Assembly (NCBI GenBank): GCA_023213395.1
Contig: CM041465.1
Coordinates: 123,511,741 to 123,575,740, forward strand
Source of the DNA: Cycas panzhihuaensis
Taxonomy: Eukaryota; Plantae; Cycadophyta
Length of the DNA stretch: 64,000 bases
Direction: 5' to 3'
The notes beneath the pieces are model-generated. The model was given only the letters and a program-made list of their open reading frames with translations. It was not told the origin of the DNA and searched no databases. Each line of letters starts with the position of its first letter. Position 1 is the first letter of the stretch. Both the position numbers and the translations under genes were made by a program. Shown here piece by piece: positions 11,822 through 30,300 of the stretch.

Positions 11822-13447
11822 CTAGATCTCAATGGCTTCAAGTGCCAAGCACTTCGCTATAGCAGAGTCACACATAGTCACCCCCATCTTGAGGACTTCT
11901 ACGTGAACTTCTGGACGAAGGGCATTGACAAAAAGGCCCCTCTTCAACTCCTCAGGCAAAGTAGCTTTAGTGGAGTGAAGAAGGTCGTGGAAACACAGCA
12001 CAAAGTCACGATTAATCTCATCGTGGCCTTTTTTAAGCGACAAGAGGGATTTCATTCCACTCTCAAATGGGCGAGCCATGTCAAAGTAGTTAACGAACTC
12101 ATCAATGAGCTGCTGGAATGAGAAGATAGAATGCACGGGTAGACGATAACACCATTTAAGGGCATCGCCTTAAAGAGACCGCGGGAATAGTTTCATGAGG
12201 ATGTGGTCGTAAGCCCAGTAATTAATGCATGCCATAGAGAAGCTACGAACATGCTCCACCGGGTCTTGCAACGAAGTCCCATCGAATTTGGGAACTTTAG
12301 GGGGGTGAGGCGGTAAGTTAGTCCTTAGTGCCTCGACGGATAATGGGGTTGACCGATACTCCATAAAGGGACGTACCCTTGACTCGACCATAGGGTCAAC
12401 AGATGTTGGAAATGATGGCAGGTAGGTTTGTCCAAATCCTCCTTGGAGGGTTTGGTTCGAAAGGGGATGTTGTCCTCCTACTGCTTTGTGAAGAGGTGCG
12501 AATCCCACATTTGAAGAAACCTGCATGGAAGCGGATAGGTATGACGTACCCATCCCTCCAAGAGAGAGTGCTCCTTGTTGAAAAGGAGCTTGAGGGAATG
12601 AGCCTTGGGAACGAGTTGGCCCCCCTTGCAAAGGCATGACATAAGGTGCCACACAAGATGGAAGATAAGAAGGGTGAGGGACCAGATTCTACCCATATGG
12701 GCCGCCTGTGGGTGGCGTGACCCCATAAAGATGTAGAGGGTCCACCCCATAAGCAGGTAGGGAGTTCCCTTTACCAAGCCCCCACGATTGAGTAGTGTTA
12801 CCGAGAGGTAGGTAGAGAGAAGGGTCCTTTGGTTGGTGTTAGGATTGTGTGGGGACAGACCCCATGTGACTAGAAGTAGGGGGACATGTAGGTCCCCTAG
12901 GTCTAGCAGGTGGATAAACAATGGTAGGAGGAGGACTAGTGGTTTGACTAGCCGGGGGCATGCTCAACCCGAGTTGGTAAAATGGCATGCCCCGAGTGGT
13001 CCCCAAGGAACATGCACCATGGAGAGAAGAAGAAGATATAGAAGGTAGGCTTATCATGGGTAGAGTAGTTGAACAAGATGAGTGAGGTGAAGGGGATGTA
13101 GAAGAAGATGACACAACACTCCGCAAGACCTCCTCAAACCACTTTAGGTGTGGTTGGAGGCGTGCGGCTTGGAAACATTGACTCAAAGCTTCTACTACAT
13201 CAGTGGGAGGGGTATCTGCTTGATCGTAAGAGGTGGAAGGGGCCTCATACAAAGTTGATCCCGCAGGACGATCCTCATGAGAATCGCCATGGGAATGGCG
13301 AAACTCCAAAGGAGATGTAGGTTCTACTCCATGAGTAGAGGAATGATGAGATTGGGGGTGTGGCTGGTCACCCGAATAATAAATGGGGTCTTCACTTCCT
13401 TGGGCAGACCCTTGGAAGGAAGTAGATGGATCTAAGGAATCAATCAC
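11822..13447 (-). pseudogene. Tat gag (retrotrans_gag core with long P/S-rich N-terminal extension), disrupted
   Basis: PKVPKFDGTSLQDPVEHVRSF..LMKLFPRSL*GDALKW..SFQQLIDEFVNYF..FVNALRPEV. Confidence 0.82.
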
Positions 13448-13720
13448 ATAGGCGTGGTATGCTCAATCCGAAAGAAATCCCTCCATGATCGGATTAGGAT
13501 CCGATGTGGGAAGGGAATGATATGAAGGCTCTTCTGACAACCGGGGTAGGCCTCATAAGCGACGTGAGAATCGTCACATGTAAGTCCTACCTATGCATTG
13601 GAAGAAGAGGGAAACAAGGTTATGCACGCGTTGGGGCTACCCAACAAAATAAAAAGGGAAAGCTACCAAGAGGTAGTAACACCAACAAAAAAGGGAGGAA
13701 GACTAACTCCCTTACTAGCG

Positions 13721-13740
13721 GGTCCCCAGTATGGTCACCA
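13721..13740 (-). other. Primer binding site of Tat element (tRNA-Arg type)
   Basis: Minus strand TGGTGACCATACTGGGGACC one base after the 5' LTR end; resembles the Ogre/Tat PBS TGGCGAC...ACTGGGGA. Confidence 0.75.
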
Positions 13741-13741
13741 G

Positions 13742-17466
<3,725 letters not shown>

Positions 17467-17958
17467 CTCAGTAAATATCATAAGAAAGTTATGATTATTG
17501 ATTGTTTGGTGCAATTAGTTGATATATCTAGGTCGGTATTTGTTATATGGAGATGAATTAATTATTTTATAAGACAAGGGTATTAAATTACAACATAATA
17601 GTTTTGTTAATCAATTAATTGCAGGGGTAGGAAGATAGGTAGATTGCAACAGGTAGCGGGAACTATAGACTGCACAAGTTCGTAACCCATAGATTTGGTT
17701 TATAGAGTGATTTATCGAGGAACATGTTGAAATAAAATATATCAAGTTTACAAACAATGAGTAATGATGGGAGATAACATGAGCATTTAAAAATGGCTTC
17801 TTAAATGTGTTTATTTGAGAGCTTCTACTGTAACTTAGAATACCCAAAACATCACATGCGTGAACTATTCCAAGCGAAGTGCACTTTTAAATTGCAAGTT
17901 TGCTTTCATTATTTTGGATTTAAATTTAATCATAAAGTGTTGTATTTGTATGTTTTAG

Positions 17959-20900
17959 TTTTTTTTTTTGTTTTTTTGATTAGGTAAAAGAATAGCTAGG
18001 GTTTTAAAGTGTCTCTGAACCTTTTACATCATCTGCCTCTTGGCCGAAGGAAAACGATGGCCACGACAAGATCATGGCCTAGCTAAACCCCAAAGAATCC
18101 GAAACCTACCCTGCCATGACAAGTCTAGTGGCTAGCTCTGTTGCCTTTTCAGGCCCCGTCCTCCTTAACCAGTGTCATAATTTCTTCTGAGATATCCTCT
18201 CTCCAAATAATGAGACCTCTATGATTAACACCCCAGTTAGCCAACTTATCTGTCACCTTGTTACCTTCTCTGTATGTGTCTGATATGGACATTTGACAAT
18301 TTTTTTAGATTTTCTTTTATATCCACGATGAAAGCATGAGTTCTCCACTCTGGCTCATACATACCTTTAAGAAGATTTATCACATTCAAAGAGTCCCCTT
18401 CTAGGATCATCTTTCCGTAGCCCCCCTCTAAGGCCATATCCATAGCTCTTTACATAACTGTCATTTTAGTATGTGATTTGTCTGTTGCCCATAGTACTCA
18501 GCAAAAGCCCACTTGACCTCCCCTCTAGAATCTCTACAAATGCTCCCTCCCTTAGCTTCCCCTAGATTGCCTTTTGAAGCCTCATCAAAGTTTATTTTAA
18601 ACCAAGAATCCTCGAGGGAAATCCATGGGCACACTCCTCTTTCCTCCCTTTGCACTCTAGGACTCATCCCCCACTTTTCCAGAATATTGCCCTAAGGGGT
18701 TATGATTTGTTTCTCAACTCTAGGTTTCACAATCTCCCCCAACTTAGAATAAATAATATTAAAAATTTTATAATCCTCCATTTGTCTGTCTTAGAAGACC
18801 CTCATGTTCCTCTCCTTTCACAAATTCCACATCATCACTGGTAGGGAGAGACGCCAAACACTGGACAAGGTTTTACACCTGAAGGGGCTTTGCAAGGATC
18901 TCCACTGATCCTCCAAGTTCCTAGGATGTGCCTAATGAACCTCAAAAAGGTCCAACACCATACTCCACACTTTTCTCAAGAAAGTACAATGAATGAAGAC
19001 ATGGTCCATAGATTCCTTCTCTACTCAACAGAGAATACATCTGTTAGGCATCATAAACTCTATCTTCCTAAGGTTATCCACCATAAGAATTTTGTTTTTC
19101 AAGAATGTCCACCAAAAAACAACGATCTTGGGGTTTAGCCTCAGTTTCCATACCCCTTCTAGAATAGGGTTCCTCTGATGACCCTTTTCAAGGCAAAGGA
19201 AATGATATCCCATCTTTACTATGTAATCTTCTGAGGGGGATGCTAGCCACACCATAGAATCCGCTTCCATCCTCTTAGGTATATAGCACCACTCTATCAC
19301 CCCCTTTAGAGCCTCCAACCTATCTTAGGAGGCTGTCTCCCCATGCAGATACTCAAATCTCCTCCATCTTTTATTCCCGCCACTCCATTCCCAATAATCT
19401 TTCACTTTGTTTCCATATTGGTTCTCACACAGAGGTTGCACTAGGGTTAAATCAGGTTGACTTTTTAGCCTCATGTTACCACACCAGACATCCTCCCAAA
19501 AGCTAATGGTATTGCCATCTCCTAATCTCCAGTGCACCCCTGCCTTAATCATCCCTCTAGATTTCAGGATGCTCCTCTATATCAGAGATCCCAGGGGGGG
19601 ATTCAAGCTCTTTAGAAATTGACCCCCCTAAAGATACTTTTGAGTCAATATTCTATCCCATAATCTGCCTTCTCTTTAGCCAGGCACCAACCCAATTTTG
19701 CTACCAAAGCCTCATTGAAAAGGGGCAATCTTTGAAGATTTAAGCCTTTGGCCCTCTTTGGGAGACAAACTTTCTTCCAATCCACTAAATGAATTATGTC
19801 CTTCTCCTCCATCTTAGTCTAAAGAAATCTCTTCTAGATAGTTTCCAGGCTTGTTATAATATGGTTATGCATTCTAAATATGGACATCAAATAAATAAGG
19901 ATACTCTAAAGAGAGGTAGTAACAAGAAGAAGCTTTCCAGCCTGACTTAGAAGAGCTCCTTTTCAACCTGCCAGCTTTCTCTGAATCCTGTCTATGATAG
20001 GTTTCCACAACTTAGTCATTTTTCTTACAAAAAGGGGCATACCCAAGTACAAAGTAGGAAGCTTATAGGTAGGCATATCAAGGATTCTACTGATCCTCTT
20101 CTGAGTATGCTCCAAGGTATTTATAAAGAATACATTGCCTTTGTTAAGATTTGTCTTTTGATTTGTAACCTGCTGGAACTTTTACAACCACCCTTCCTTG
20201 AGTTTGCAGGCTTCCCCTAAGTCCACCTTTCTTAGGAAGATGTTATCATCAACAAATTGGTGATGCACCACATTATCAATATCATAAGTTGGTTGTATTC
20301 CATTAATTATCCCCAGTCTTCTTGCCTCCTCCGTGGCTCTTCCTAGTAGTTCAACGATAATTATAAACAAATAGGGAGACAGAGGGTCTCTTTGCCTCAG
20401 GCCTTTGAAACCTGGGAAGAACCTCGTTGAGATATCATTAATAATAATAGAATATTAGGGCTTAGATATACATAGGTTCATCCATTCCCTCCATATTTCC
20501 CTGAAACCAAAAACTTCAAAGCAATCCATTAAGCAGTCCCATGAAACTCTATCATAGGCTTTTGAGAGATTAATTTTAACTATCACATTGGGCTCCTTCC
20601 TATGATACGATGAGTCAAGCGTTTCATAGACGACAATTATACCATCTGTGATATGTCTCCCTTTTACAAAACCTTCCTAGCTCATAGAAATGATCCCGGG
20701 GAGGATCTTCTTAAGCCTATTTGCCAACATCTTAGAGAGAATCTTATATTTTACATTACAGAGGCTGATAGGATGGAAGTCCTCCATGCTTTTTGTCCCC
20801 TTCTTTTTAGGGATTAACATAATAAATGTTGCTTTCCATTCACTCGACATCTTATGATTCCTATGGAACTTGTTCATATCCTCCATCAGGTCCCCTTCAA

Positions 20901-21398
20901 TTATGTCCCAGAATTCCTAGAAAAAACTAGGAGGGAAGCTGTCCAGACTAGGTGCTTTCTCCCTCTTCATCCCAAAAGCAACCTTTCTAACTTCCTCTTG
21001 GATAAATGGAGTTTCAAATAGAACATTTTGACCTTCATTTATCAATTTTGGAATTGTCCTTACAAAATCCTTCCAGATATCCTCATTTTGACACCTTGAC
21101 ACTTGAAACAACTCCTTGAGTAATCCATAGTGATGTCCTTAATTTCTTCTTATCCCTTAACATCCTGTCCATATTTACTAAGCAAGCTACTAATTCTATT
21201 ACTAGATCTATGTTTAACCACTACCATGTGGAAAAATTTGGTGTTTCTATCCCCTTTGGCTAACCATAGGGCCCTAGATTTTTGCCTCCAGTTGATCTCC
21301 TCATTTAATAGAGTCTCCTCTAGAGTCTTAACCAGATCACTTTCCACTTAGTCTAGTTCCTAGGATCTACCTTCCTCCTAGATCCTCCTAACGATGGC
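17959..21398 (-). mobile_element. 5'-truncated plant L1 LINE (ORF2: RT, zf-RVT, C-terminal RNase H), decayed
   Basis: EEINWRQKSRALWLAKGDRNTKFFH, KAPSLDSFPPSFF, FHPISLCNVKYKILSK, HHQFVDD, GDGNTISFWEDVW, KINFDEASKGNLG..LEGDSLNVI; poly(T) on plus at ~17959-17978; possible TSD TTTTAGTTT at 17953-17961 and 21399-21407. Confidence 0.92.
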
Positions 21399-21549
21399 TT
21401 TTAGTTTATTTTAAACTTTGAGAATATTTACTATTTTAACACATTAAATAGGGCAAATGTGTGCATTCTTGAAGTTTTTTATTTAAACAGTCCTAAAGAG
21501 AGGCAACATAAAGAAATAAAATATATTTAATTTACAAACAATAATCGAA

Positions 21550-23700
21550 ATAAAATTATTGACACCGAGTTGAGCAAGTTACCAAGGGACTTTGATATGG
21601 TGAACGAATCTTATATACAATAACAATATGTAATTGTCATGTAAAGTCTAAGGCTTTATTGCTTCACTTAAGGCTTTCTAAGTATAGGTCTAATGCTTTG
21701 TCCTCTAGAAAATACCTTAAATATTACCATTGATAAACTATGATGGAAAATTTATACTTTAATTATACTTCAAAATATGCACCTTGTAATTTTTTATTGA
21801 GGAGAAATTTAGGAAGCTATACTCATGAGACATTTATCATATGTTTGCTAATAGTGAACCCTTGTTACCCCAATATAGAGTTACATGAGTTGGAATTTAG
21901 TTAGAGTAATCACCTAAATCATAGGCCCTTGTCAAACAACACAAAAGTGTTTTCTCCCTAAAACTTATGGTCATACACTATTATCTCCATGTTATCAACT
22001 ACAGATATTGAATGACACCCTTTCATAATAAGGGATGTGGATAATAAAAGTCAACATGATATGACATAGTAGCCCCTTACTTTATAGAGGGTTTTGACAT
22101 TAAGAAAAGGAAAAAGGCAAAGACTTCTAAATGATAAGAAGATTGGGTTTATTATTCTCTTTGATTTTATACCCCTTTTTTAATATTTTGTTTAAATTAA
22201 GAAATTAAAGAAAGAGAGAGAGAGAGAATTAAACTTGAAATTAGAGCCTTTTTTCTTTAGTTTGGCAAGGTGTTCATGGCCTTGACCTAAAATTCATACC
22301 ACTTCATGTTGTTATACACATCTTTATAGAATGCTATTTAATTATATTTTAAATAATACTTTGTAAATGAGTTAGAATAAGTTGCTTTACTTAACATAGT
22401 TTTGTCATTCTAGGTGACATGGTTTTAACATATTTGTATTAAAGAGTTTGGCATACAAAGTCATTATTTATACTAGTTGATTTTTTATCTTTCATGATAT
22501 ATGAAATCTTCTCTTGGTTTGACTATGACCTTACATAAGAACTCTTGAAATAACAATAGCCATTTATTTGTCCTCCCTTGTAGCAATGGTTTGCTTAAGA
22601 GATGTATCAATATTTGATGGTCAACAAAATAATTTAAAAGGGTTGGCTAGTGAGTAATGCCTAAAATTTTGGTCATAGACCATAGCCAACCCTCCTTTCT
22701 TTACAATCGTATAATTATGCTCAACTATGCTTAACTTCTTACTAGTTAAATATTTCAGATAGTTTATCTTTTTATTTATAGATTGAGTTAAGATGCATCC
22801 AATAGCGTATTGGAATACATTAGCATAGACAATTTCTTTTTTATCAATTCAAAAATTCCAAATTTGTTATTTGAGCAATTATAAGTTTTAATACATTAAA
22901 TGAGATTCGTTCATTTCTCCTCATGTTTAAGGCATATCCTAAATTAAGAGTTTAATAATAGAGAAATTCAAGCCTCGCCTTTAATGAATTTTCTATAATA
23001 ACTTGTCATAACCAATAATTCTTAACTATAGAGTAGTCAAATGTGTGAATATGATAATAACTTCCACTTTTATAGTATTTGTCAATGACCCTTGTTTTCT
23101 AGAAATGTGGCCTAATAACCTTTCAAATGGTGCCTTAAAATCATATGTTTTGAGGGTTTAATTTACTTTTTTTTGCAATCTTTTATCATGTCATTTTGGT
23201 TTCTCAAATGGTTATCTAATAAACTATACAACATGCAACCAATGAGGAACATTTTCACCTTTGTATCAATCACCTTTTTAAATATGTTTAACATGACTCC
23301 ATGGAATGTTGTTGAGGCATTAGTTAAGCCAAATGGTATTTCACAATAAGCATTAGTCCCTTATATTATTAAAGGTATATATTTTTATTGATCTTTTAGG
23401 GATATATTAACATAATTACAACCATAAAGCCATTTATAAAGAAGTCCATTTTATAGCCAATAACTCTCAAAGACATCTTTAGTAGATGGTATAAAAAATA
23501 GGTCTTCCTTCATGATTTGTTCAATGGTCTATCATCAACACATACATATATTCTCATTCTTCCTTTTTGCCACCATCATTAGTTTCACCCATTACCTATT
23601 GTCTACCTTATAAACATAACCTAATGCCAACAATTTATCTAACTCCATGTTTATCCATGGGATTCATATGGGGGGGCCTTTTTCATATTAATTTTATACC
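21550..23700 (-). mobile_element. Heavily decayed Ty3/gypsy (non-chromovirus-like) pol relic
   Basis: Manual minus-strand translation: PFGLTNASTTFHGVMLNIF (~23280-23340), NFRHYSLANPF (~22635-22670), WLLLFQEF..VIVKP (~22515-22562). Boundaries uncertain; no LTR pair recognised. Confidence 0.65.
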
Positions 23701-25106
23701 TTCCAATAATGTTATCTTATATGCTCCAAATTTTGGTGTAATTCCATTGCTTTTATGAAAACATACAAATATATTTGTGCCATGTGAATAATATTGGACC
23801 CTTTGTGATAATGGTTATATTTTAATAATCACCCACATTTATATTGTAGAGCTAGGTTTATGTCCCAATATTGGTCTTAATCCCTTTTAAATAAGTCCCT
23901 ATATTATCTTCTTTTATCTTGTGAGTTAGAGTCTTCTTGTTTGTTCTTTTGCCATATGTTATGTTTATGTATTTAAGTGTGAGTTTCCCACAAAAATAAT
24001 GAGAAAATATAAAAGAGAAACACCCTTTGTTTTTGGCTTTTTTAATTCTATTTTTCCTCATTAATGTGGTTGGTATGTATTCTTCTCAACACAATAGTCA
24101 CTACAACTTTTTTCTCAACATAATGGCTAGCCTTCTCTCCATTCCATTCATTTGCAAAACACACAATTTGGCCTCTAGTTAGATACAATATCAATGTTTA
24201 TTCACAATATGAGTAATATTTGCACCAAATAATCACTTTATTAATCATTTACATAGGTTTCACGTATACAAATGTGTAAAATGAATGGTGTTGATAAATA
24301 CTAGGGTGGGATAAAGTCCCATTATAAATGAAAGGAACATGCTCATCTTTTGATTCAATGCTTCATGCACCTTGAAGCCTACAAATACCAATGGGTGCTA
24401 ACTACTAACAAATAATTTAAAATAATAATAACAGTAATAAATAATAAGCATTAATACTAAATAAAACTTAATACAAAATTAACATTAGAATAATTCTACG
24501 TTTTAACTTTACCTTTATAAATATGTGGATTCTCATTTGATTGGCTAATTTTAGAGAGAATGTTGAGCATGTTAAATGTGGCTTACTCATCTTACTTCAT
24601 GTTTCCTCAAGAATATATTGACCTTTTGATTCCCCAACTACCAAGGTATCATTTCTCAAGAGATCATGCATCAACATAAGCAATTGGGGCTTTAAATTAA
24701 TATCCCTTTTTATCTTCTTTATAGTCTAATTGTTATTTCCTTTTTTTTGGGTGGCGAAGGGGGAGGGCAGTGGGGGTGGTTGGTAAACCTTTATATCCTC
24801 ATTATACGAAAGTGTATTGAAATACCATGTCACTATTTAAACACCTACATAAGGAGAACTATTAGTCCAAACTTTTTAATTAGTTCTCATAACAATCATA
24901 AGTTTTAGCTCATAGAGAGTTTATGTAACACTCCACATGATATCCATTATGTATATATCCTTGTATATTTAATTTCCTTATATTTTGTTTTATGTTATAA
25001 TGTAAATACATCTCTTGTTATAAAATTAGAGCTTAGTAGAAACTCCATTAGGGTATGACATGTACCTTGATATATTTTTGTATTTTGTAGTCTAATGCTA
25101 CATAAT

Positions 25107-25327
25107 ATTAGAGGTCAGAGGCTTATGTATGTATATCTAATTTAAGAGCCATATGGTCAAACATATATAAATGATGTAAATAATATGTCCATTGGTAATA
25201 AAATATGACAAAATGACATTAGAGGAAAGAGGCATATGTACATATAACTATTTTAGGAGCCATATGCTCAAACATATATAAATGATATAAATAATAATTC
25301 CATTAGTAATAAAAGATGATAAGATTA
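25107..25327. repeat. Two-copy ~110 bp diverged tandem repeat
   Basis: ATTAGAGG...GAGCCATATG.TCAAACATATATAAATGAT.TAAATAAT...CCATT.GTAATAAAA occurs twice, ~110 bp apart. Confidence 0.8.
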
Positions 25328-27363
25328 TTCAAGGGGAGAAAATAGGTGGGGGGAATATGATATGAATGTGGGAGGATTTCTTAAGAGGGAAAGTTATAGA
25401 GAGATGACATTTGTGCTTGATTATTTTTCTAATAAACCACTCAATCATCAATACATGTAGTGGAGTGTGGCTATAGTTTTGACCTATGTATAAAAATAAC
25501 CCCTTTTAGAGTGTGATTAAAAATGGGAACTTATCTTAATTATTATTTAATTACCTTGGTCTTCTCTAGCTATGTTTACCTCAAGGTATTTAATTACCAA
25601 AGGTGGTTGACCATTTATTATAATTTGGAAAGTGGTGGATTATTTTAGTTAGTTGCCTCTTTCATTGGATATATATGACTTTCACTTGTTCATTCTTATG
25701 TGAAGAGAGTATTCTACTCATATTAGGAGCTTTTTGGTATTGTGTGTTGGAAGAAGGGTCCTTTTAAATTCACTAGTAGGTTGTATTGCTTTAGTTGTGT
25801 TGTGATACATAGTATTTTTATGGTGAGATGTAGTTGGTGGTGTGATGCCACTTGTTTGATGCCTAGTATTCTTAATTATAAGATACCATATATGGTGTGA
25901 TGCCACACATTTGATGCATAATAAGCTTGATGGTATGATGCCCCTAGATTGAGCCCATATATTTCCATGGTAGGATGTCATAGTATTGTTATTAGTATGC
26001 CATAAAGCTATCAATTCTATATAATAGTGTCATTGTTATTAGTGTTCCAATGTTCATATCACATGCCTTAGCTCAAAGGAAGGTTCTTGTGATCAGTTTT
26101 CAAATGGCTAGGTGGTGAGATTTTGGGCACGTTGCCCGTAATCAAGTATGATTTCTTAGACTCTCTCATTAGATATGCATAGTATGCTTGTCATTTATTT
26201 TTTATTACTTGCATTTGTTTATCATTTTACCTTATGTTGCATTTTAATCAAGCATTTGTTTATGTTTATTACATCCCCACCTATCGATGATAGAAATGGG
26301 ATTTGTTCTCTATAACTCATGTTATGAAGGCATAACTTTAAAGGTTGAGTCAACATTCATGATAGTTAATATGATACATTTCTTCCATGGTGATGCTTCT
26401 TACTTGTTTTGTTTCATACTCCTTTTTAGATTCTATGAGTGTCCTTCTTGAATTAACATGAGCTTGTACTCCTCTAAGCTAGATAATATAGGTTAAACAT
26501 AGGTTAATTACCCCTTTGAGTTAGTTATTATATGAGTTAAATATGAGTTAATGCCTCTCTAAGTAATTTGTTTGGGTCAAAACAAGTACTTTTCTATCAT
26601 TTTTCACATACATTATATTTCTTTTATATTTTTCACCTTGAATTCAATTGTAATTATTAATTCTACCTAGTCCATTATGTAGATCTCTTTGAGTATATAC
26701 AAATTGAGTGGAACTAAATTCTTTTTAGAAAATTTTGACTCTGAAAGGTCCAAAAATATTTGTAGTTAGATCTTACAATTAAAAATCTATTTCAAAGTAA
26801 CCCCTATGACAAACAAGGATAAACTAGTGGTAGCAACCCTCCACCTTTATGGAAAAGCCTTAAAATGGTACCATTAGTGATAGAGATGCTATGAAAAGAT
26901 AAGCCATTTTAATTGAAATTTTTTTAAGAAGTGCATCATTGAGCAATATGAAGAGAAATGGAATACTAGTTATTTTTCTCAACTCATGAGGTTCTAATAG
27001 ACTGGATTAGTACACATATACACATAATAGTTTCAAAACCTTCATAATTTAATAGAGACAAAAATCAATGAAGAACAACTAGTTAAAGCATATATTACAG
27101 GTCTAAAAGGGAATATAAAATATTGCCTTAAGACTTTAGATGTATTATAGCTTAGCAATGTTATATGTTATGCAAGGAATATCGAAGTCGAATTCAGAGA
27201 GAGCTTACAAAATTTTGTCAAGTGGAGTGACCCACCTAAGCATCTAGGTAATAATTCCAACTAAATTGAACATAGTTAGGAACAAAACTAGGGTCCCTAA
27301 CCTTTGAGAGAAAAGGATGAGCATATATCCCAAGTTGAACACATTAGGAATCAGACTTGTTTC

Positions 27364-30300
27364 TATTAGATGTGAAGCTAATTTTAGTTACTAACATGAT
27401 GATTATAAAACAACTATGTAAAATTCTCCTTATGCAAAAATATTGGGCAAGTCCTAAGGGGGTAGGTTGTTTCACCCTTGGGTAGTTAAAGGCTACTCAT
27501 GACCATAGGATATTATGAATGTAGTCGATATATTACAGACAGAGTAAAAAATAACTTTTTTAACTCTTCCTTTTCAATACAACTTTTTGATGTAAGTTTT
27601 TGGCATGACTTTAGAGTTGATGTTTTTCTTATATAATTCTAATCAAGATATTGTTTTGATATGAATAAAAATGTGCTTCTAATCTTACTACTAATAAAAG
27701 AAAGACTTTTGCTTAGTGGTTTTTAACCTTAGCATTCTACTAGGGTTTTCTATATAAAAATTTGTGTTATTCTCTCTTGGATTCATTGCTTGTATAGTAT
27801 ATGTGCATTATTGTTTTTATCTTATAATTGATATTAAAGACGAGGGTTTATTTCTCTCATAGTTGTGCACACAATAATAAGAAACTAAAAATGAGTATGA
27901 TCAGATTTGAGATAGAGAAGTTCAATGGGTCAAATTTTGCTTTATAGGAACTAAAGATCCAAGTGATTTTGGTTAAAGATAGTTGTGATAGAGTCCTTGA
28001 ATATGATAACCATACCAATAGCAATGTTTATAGAAGAATGGGGCATTATGGATATAAAAGCTAGGGAAGGTATTCATCTATACCAGGCCAATTCAGTTTT
28101 GTATAATGTAGTGAAAGAGACAATAGCAAAGGGGCTTTGGGATAAACTCAACAAGCTATATAAGATGAAGTCATTATGAAATAAGATTTTTCTATAGAGA
28201 CAATTGTACAATTTAAGAATAAAAGAAAGAATGCCAATTATAGGCCATCTGAATGCGTTCAACACATTAATTAACAATCTAAGTTTAATGGAAGTGAAGA
28301 TCAAGGAGGAAGATAAGGCTATAACCCTACTTTGTTCGCTACCAGACTCATGGGATCAATTGGTGATGACACTCAACAATATAAATCCTTTCGAGACCCT
28401 CATTTATGATGATGTGGTGGCCATATTATTAGAAGAGGAATTGAGGTAGAAGACATCTCAAAGTGGGTCTTCAAGTGATATCCTATTTGTAAGGGGCAGG
28501 ACCATGAAAAGAAATCAATCAAACAGATCTCATTCTAGGTCAAAGTCTAAGATATGAAAAAGAGGAAAATGTTTGACATTGTGGGAAGTCCAGACATCTT
28601 AAGAAGGTCTACAAGCTACTAAAAGAAGAATAAGAAAAAAAAAAAGAAAAAGTTTGTAGAGCTTAGATGCAAATATAGTTAAAAATTCAAGACCATAGGA
28701 AGATGGTGAAGTACTTTTAATAAACTCTTGAGAATAGTTATTACACATATGGCTATTAGACTTAGGGTCTTCATTCCATATGACATCACATGGGGACTAG
28801 TTATCCTCATACCGATCATGTGATGTAGGCATAATCTACATGGGTAATGATAAATCATGCAAGATTGTAAGAGAAGGTGAAGTCACGATGAAGATGTATG
28901 ATGGAGCTATTTGTACCATTAAGAGACTTCACCATGTTCTAGGGCTGAAGAAGAACTTATTGTCTTTGGATGAGTTAAATGAGAAGGGTTATAAAAATAA
29001 TAGTGAGAAAGATTGTTCAAAGTTCTCTAAGGTAGCTCTAATAGTGATGAAAGCCAAGAAATATAAACACAATTTATATAAGTTGATTAGAGAGATTATA
29101 ATTGATGAGATTGTAATGGCAACAATATGTGCCATGGATTTAGTAATTTTGTGGTATCAATATCTGGGCCATATGAGTGAGAGAGGTCTAAAGATACTAT
29201 TCAATAGAAACCTTCTACAAAGTTTAAAATCTCTTGATCTTAGATTTTGTGAATATTTTCAGTTCAGAAAATAGAATAAGCTCCAGTTTGCTAGATGCAC
29301 TACTAAAAGTTTAAATTTTTTGTAGTTGTTACATTTATACTATTTTGCTTCCTTAGGAGGGTCACTATATTTTGTGTCATTTATTGATAACTATTCTTAT
29401 AAAGTACAAGTGTTTCTTATCAAGAAGAAGTTTGATGCCTTAGACTATTTTAAGAAACCAAAAGGTCTTGTAGAGAAATAGATGGGCATGAGCATTACGT
29501 GTCTCAAGACATAATGGGGGAGAGTTTTGCTTGAAAGAATTTGATCAATTTTGTAGTGAGCATAGAATAACCAAGTAGAAAATATTTCTTGACACTCCAT
29601 AACAAAATGGGATAGTTGAGAGGATGAATTGTATCATTATGGAGTATATCGAGCGTATTCTCAAGAATACTAGTTTGTAGTAAGAATTTTGGGCTAAGGT
29701 TATAAATATAGCTACTTACCTAATCAAAAAGTCACCTACTATAGCTCTAGACAAGAAGATTCTTAAAGAGGTATAGACAAGAAAACCCATTAATTATTCC
29801 CATTTAGTTATCTTTGGTTGTAATACTTATGCCCATGTTTTAGAGGATCAAAGGCCTAAGTTGGATGCAAAGTCCAAGAAGTGTATTTTTCTTAGTTATG
29901 ATGATGGAACAAAAGGGTATAGGTTGTGAGATACTACTACCCATAAGTTTATCATTAGCCTAGATGTGGTATTTAATGAGAAATCTATGCAAAATATTGA
30001 AAAACAATAAACAATAGTTGTTATACCCATTGAGAAAATAAAAGTGGAAGATGATGTTATGAGAAAATATAAAAATAAAAAACCTAAATAGTAGAATATC
30101 ATGACTAAATAGGAATAACAACTTAAGAAGCCATAAGTTGATGTATCTCATTAGGTTAGGAGATCGACTAGAATATTTAAACCACCTGAAAGGTATATTC
30201 CTAATGCACATTTAACTTTTTCATTAGTTATTGATGTTGGTGAACCTACCTCATTTCAAGAAGCTTGTGAGCCTGAAGATGCAAGTAAATGGTGGATTTC

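Noticed and set aside
23700-26700. Possible LTR or further TE pieces
   Set aside because: TE-like composition but no partner repeat, PBS or protein motif could be supported.
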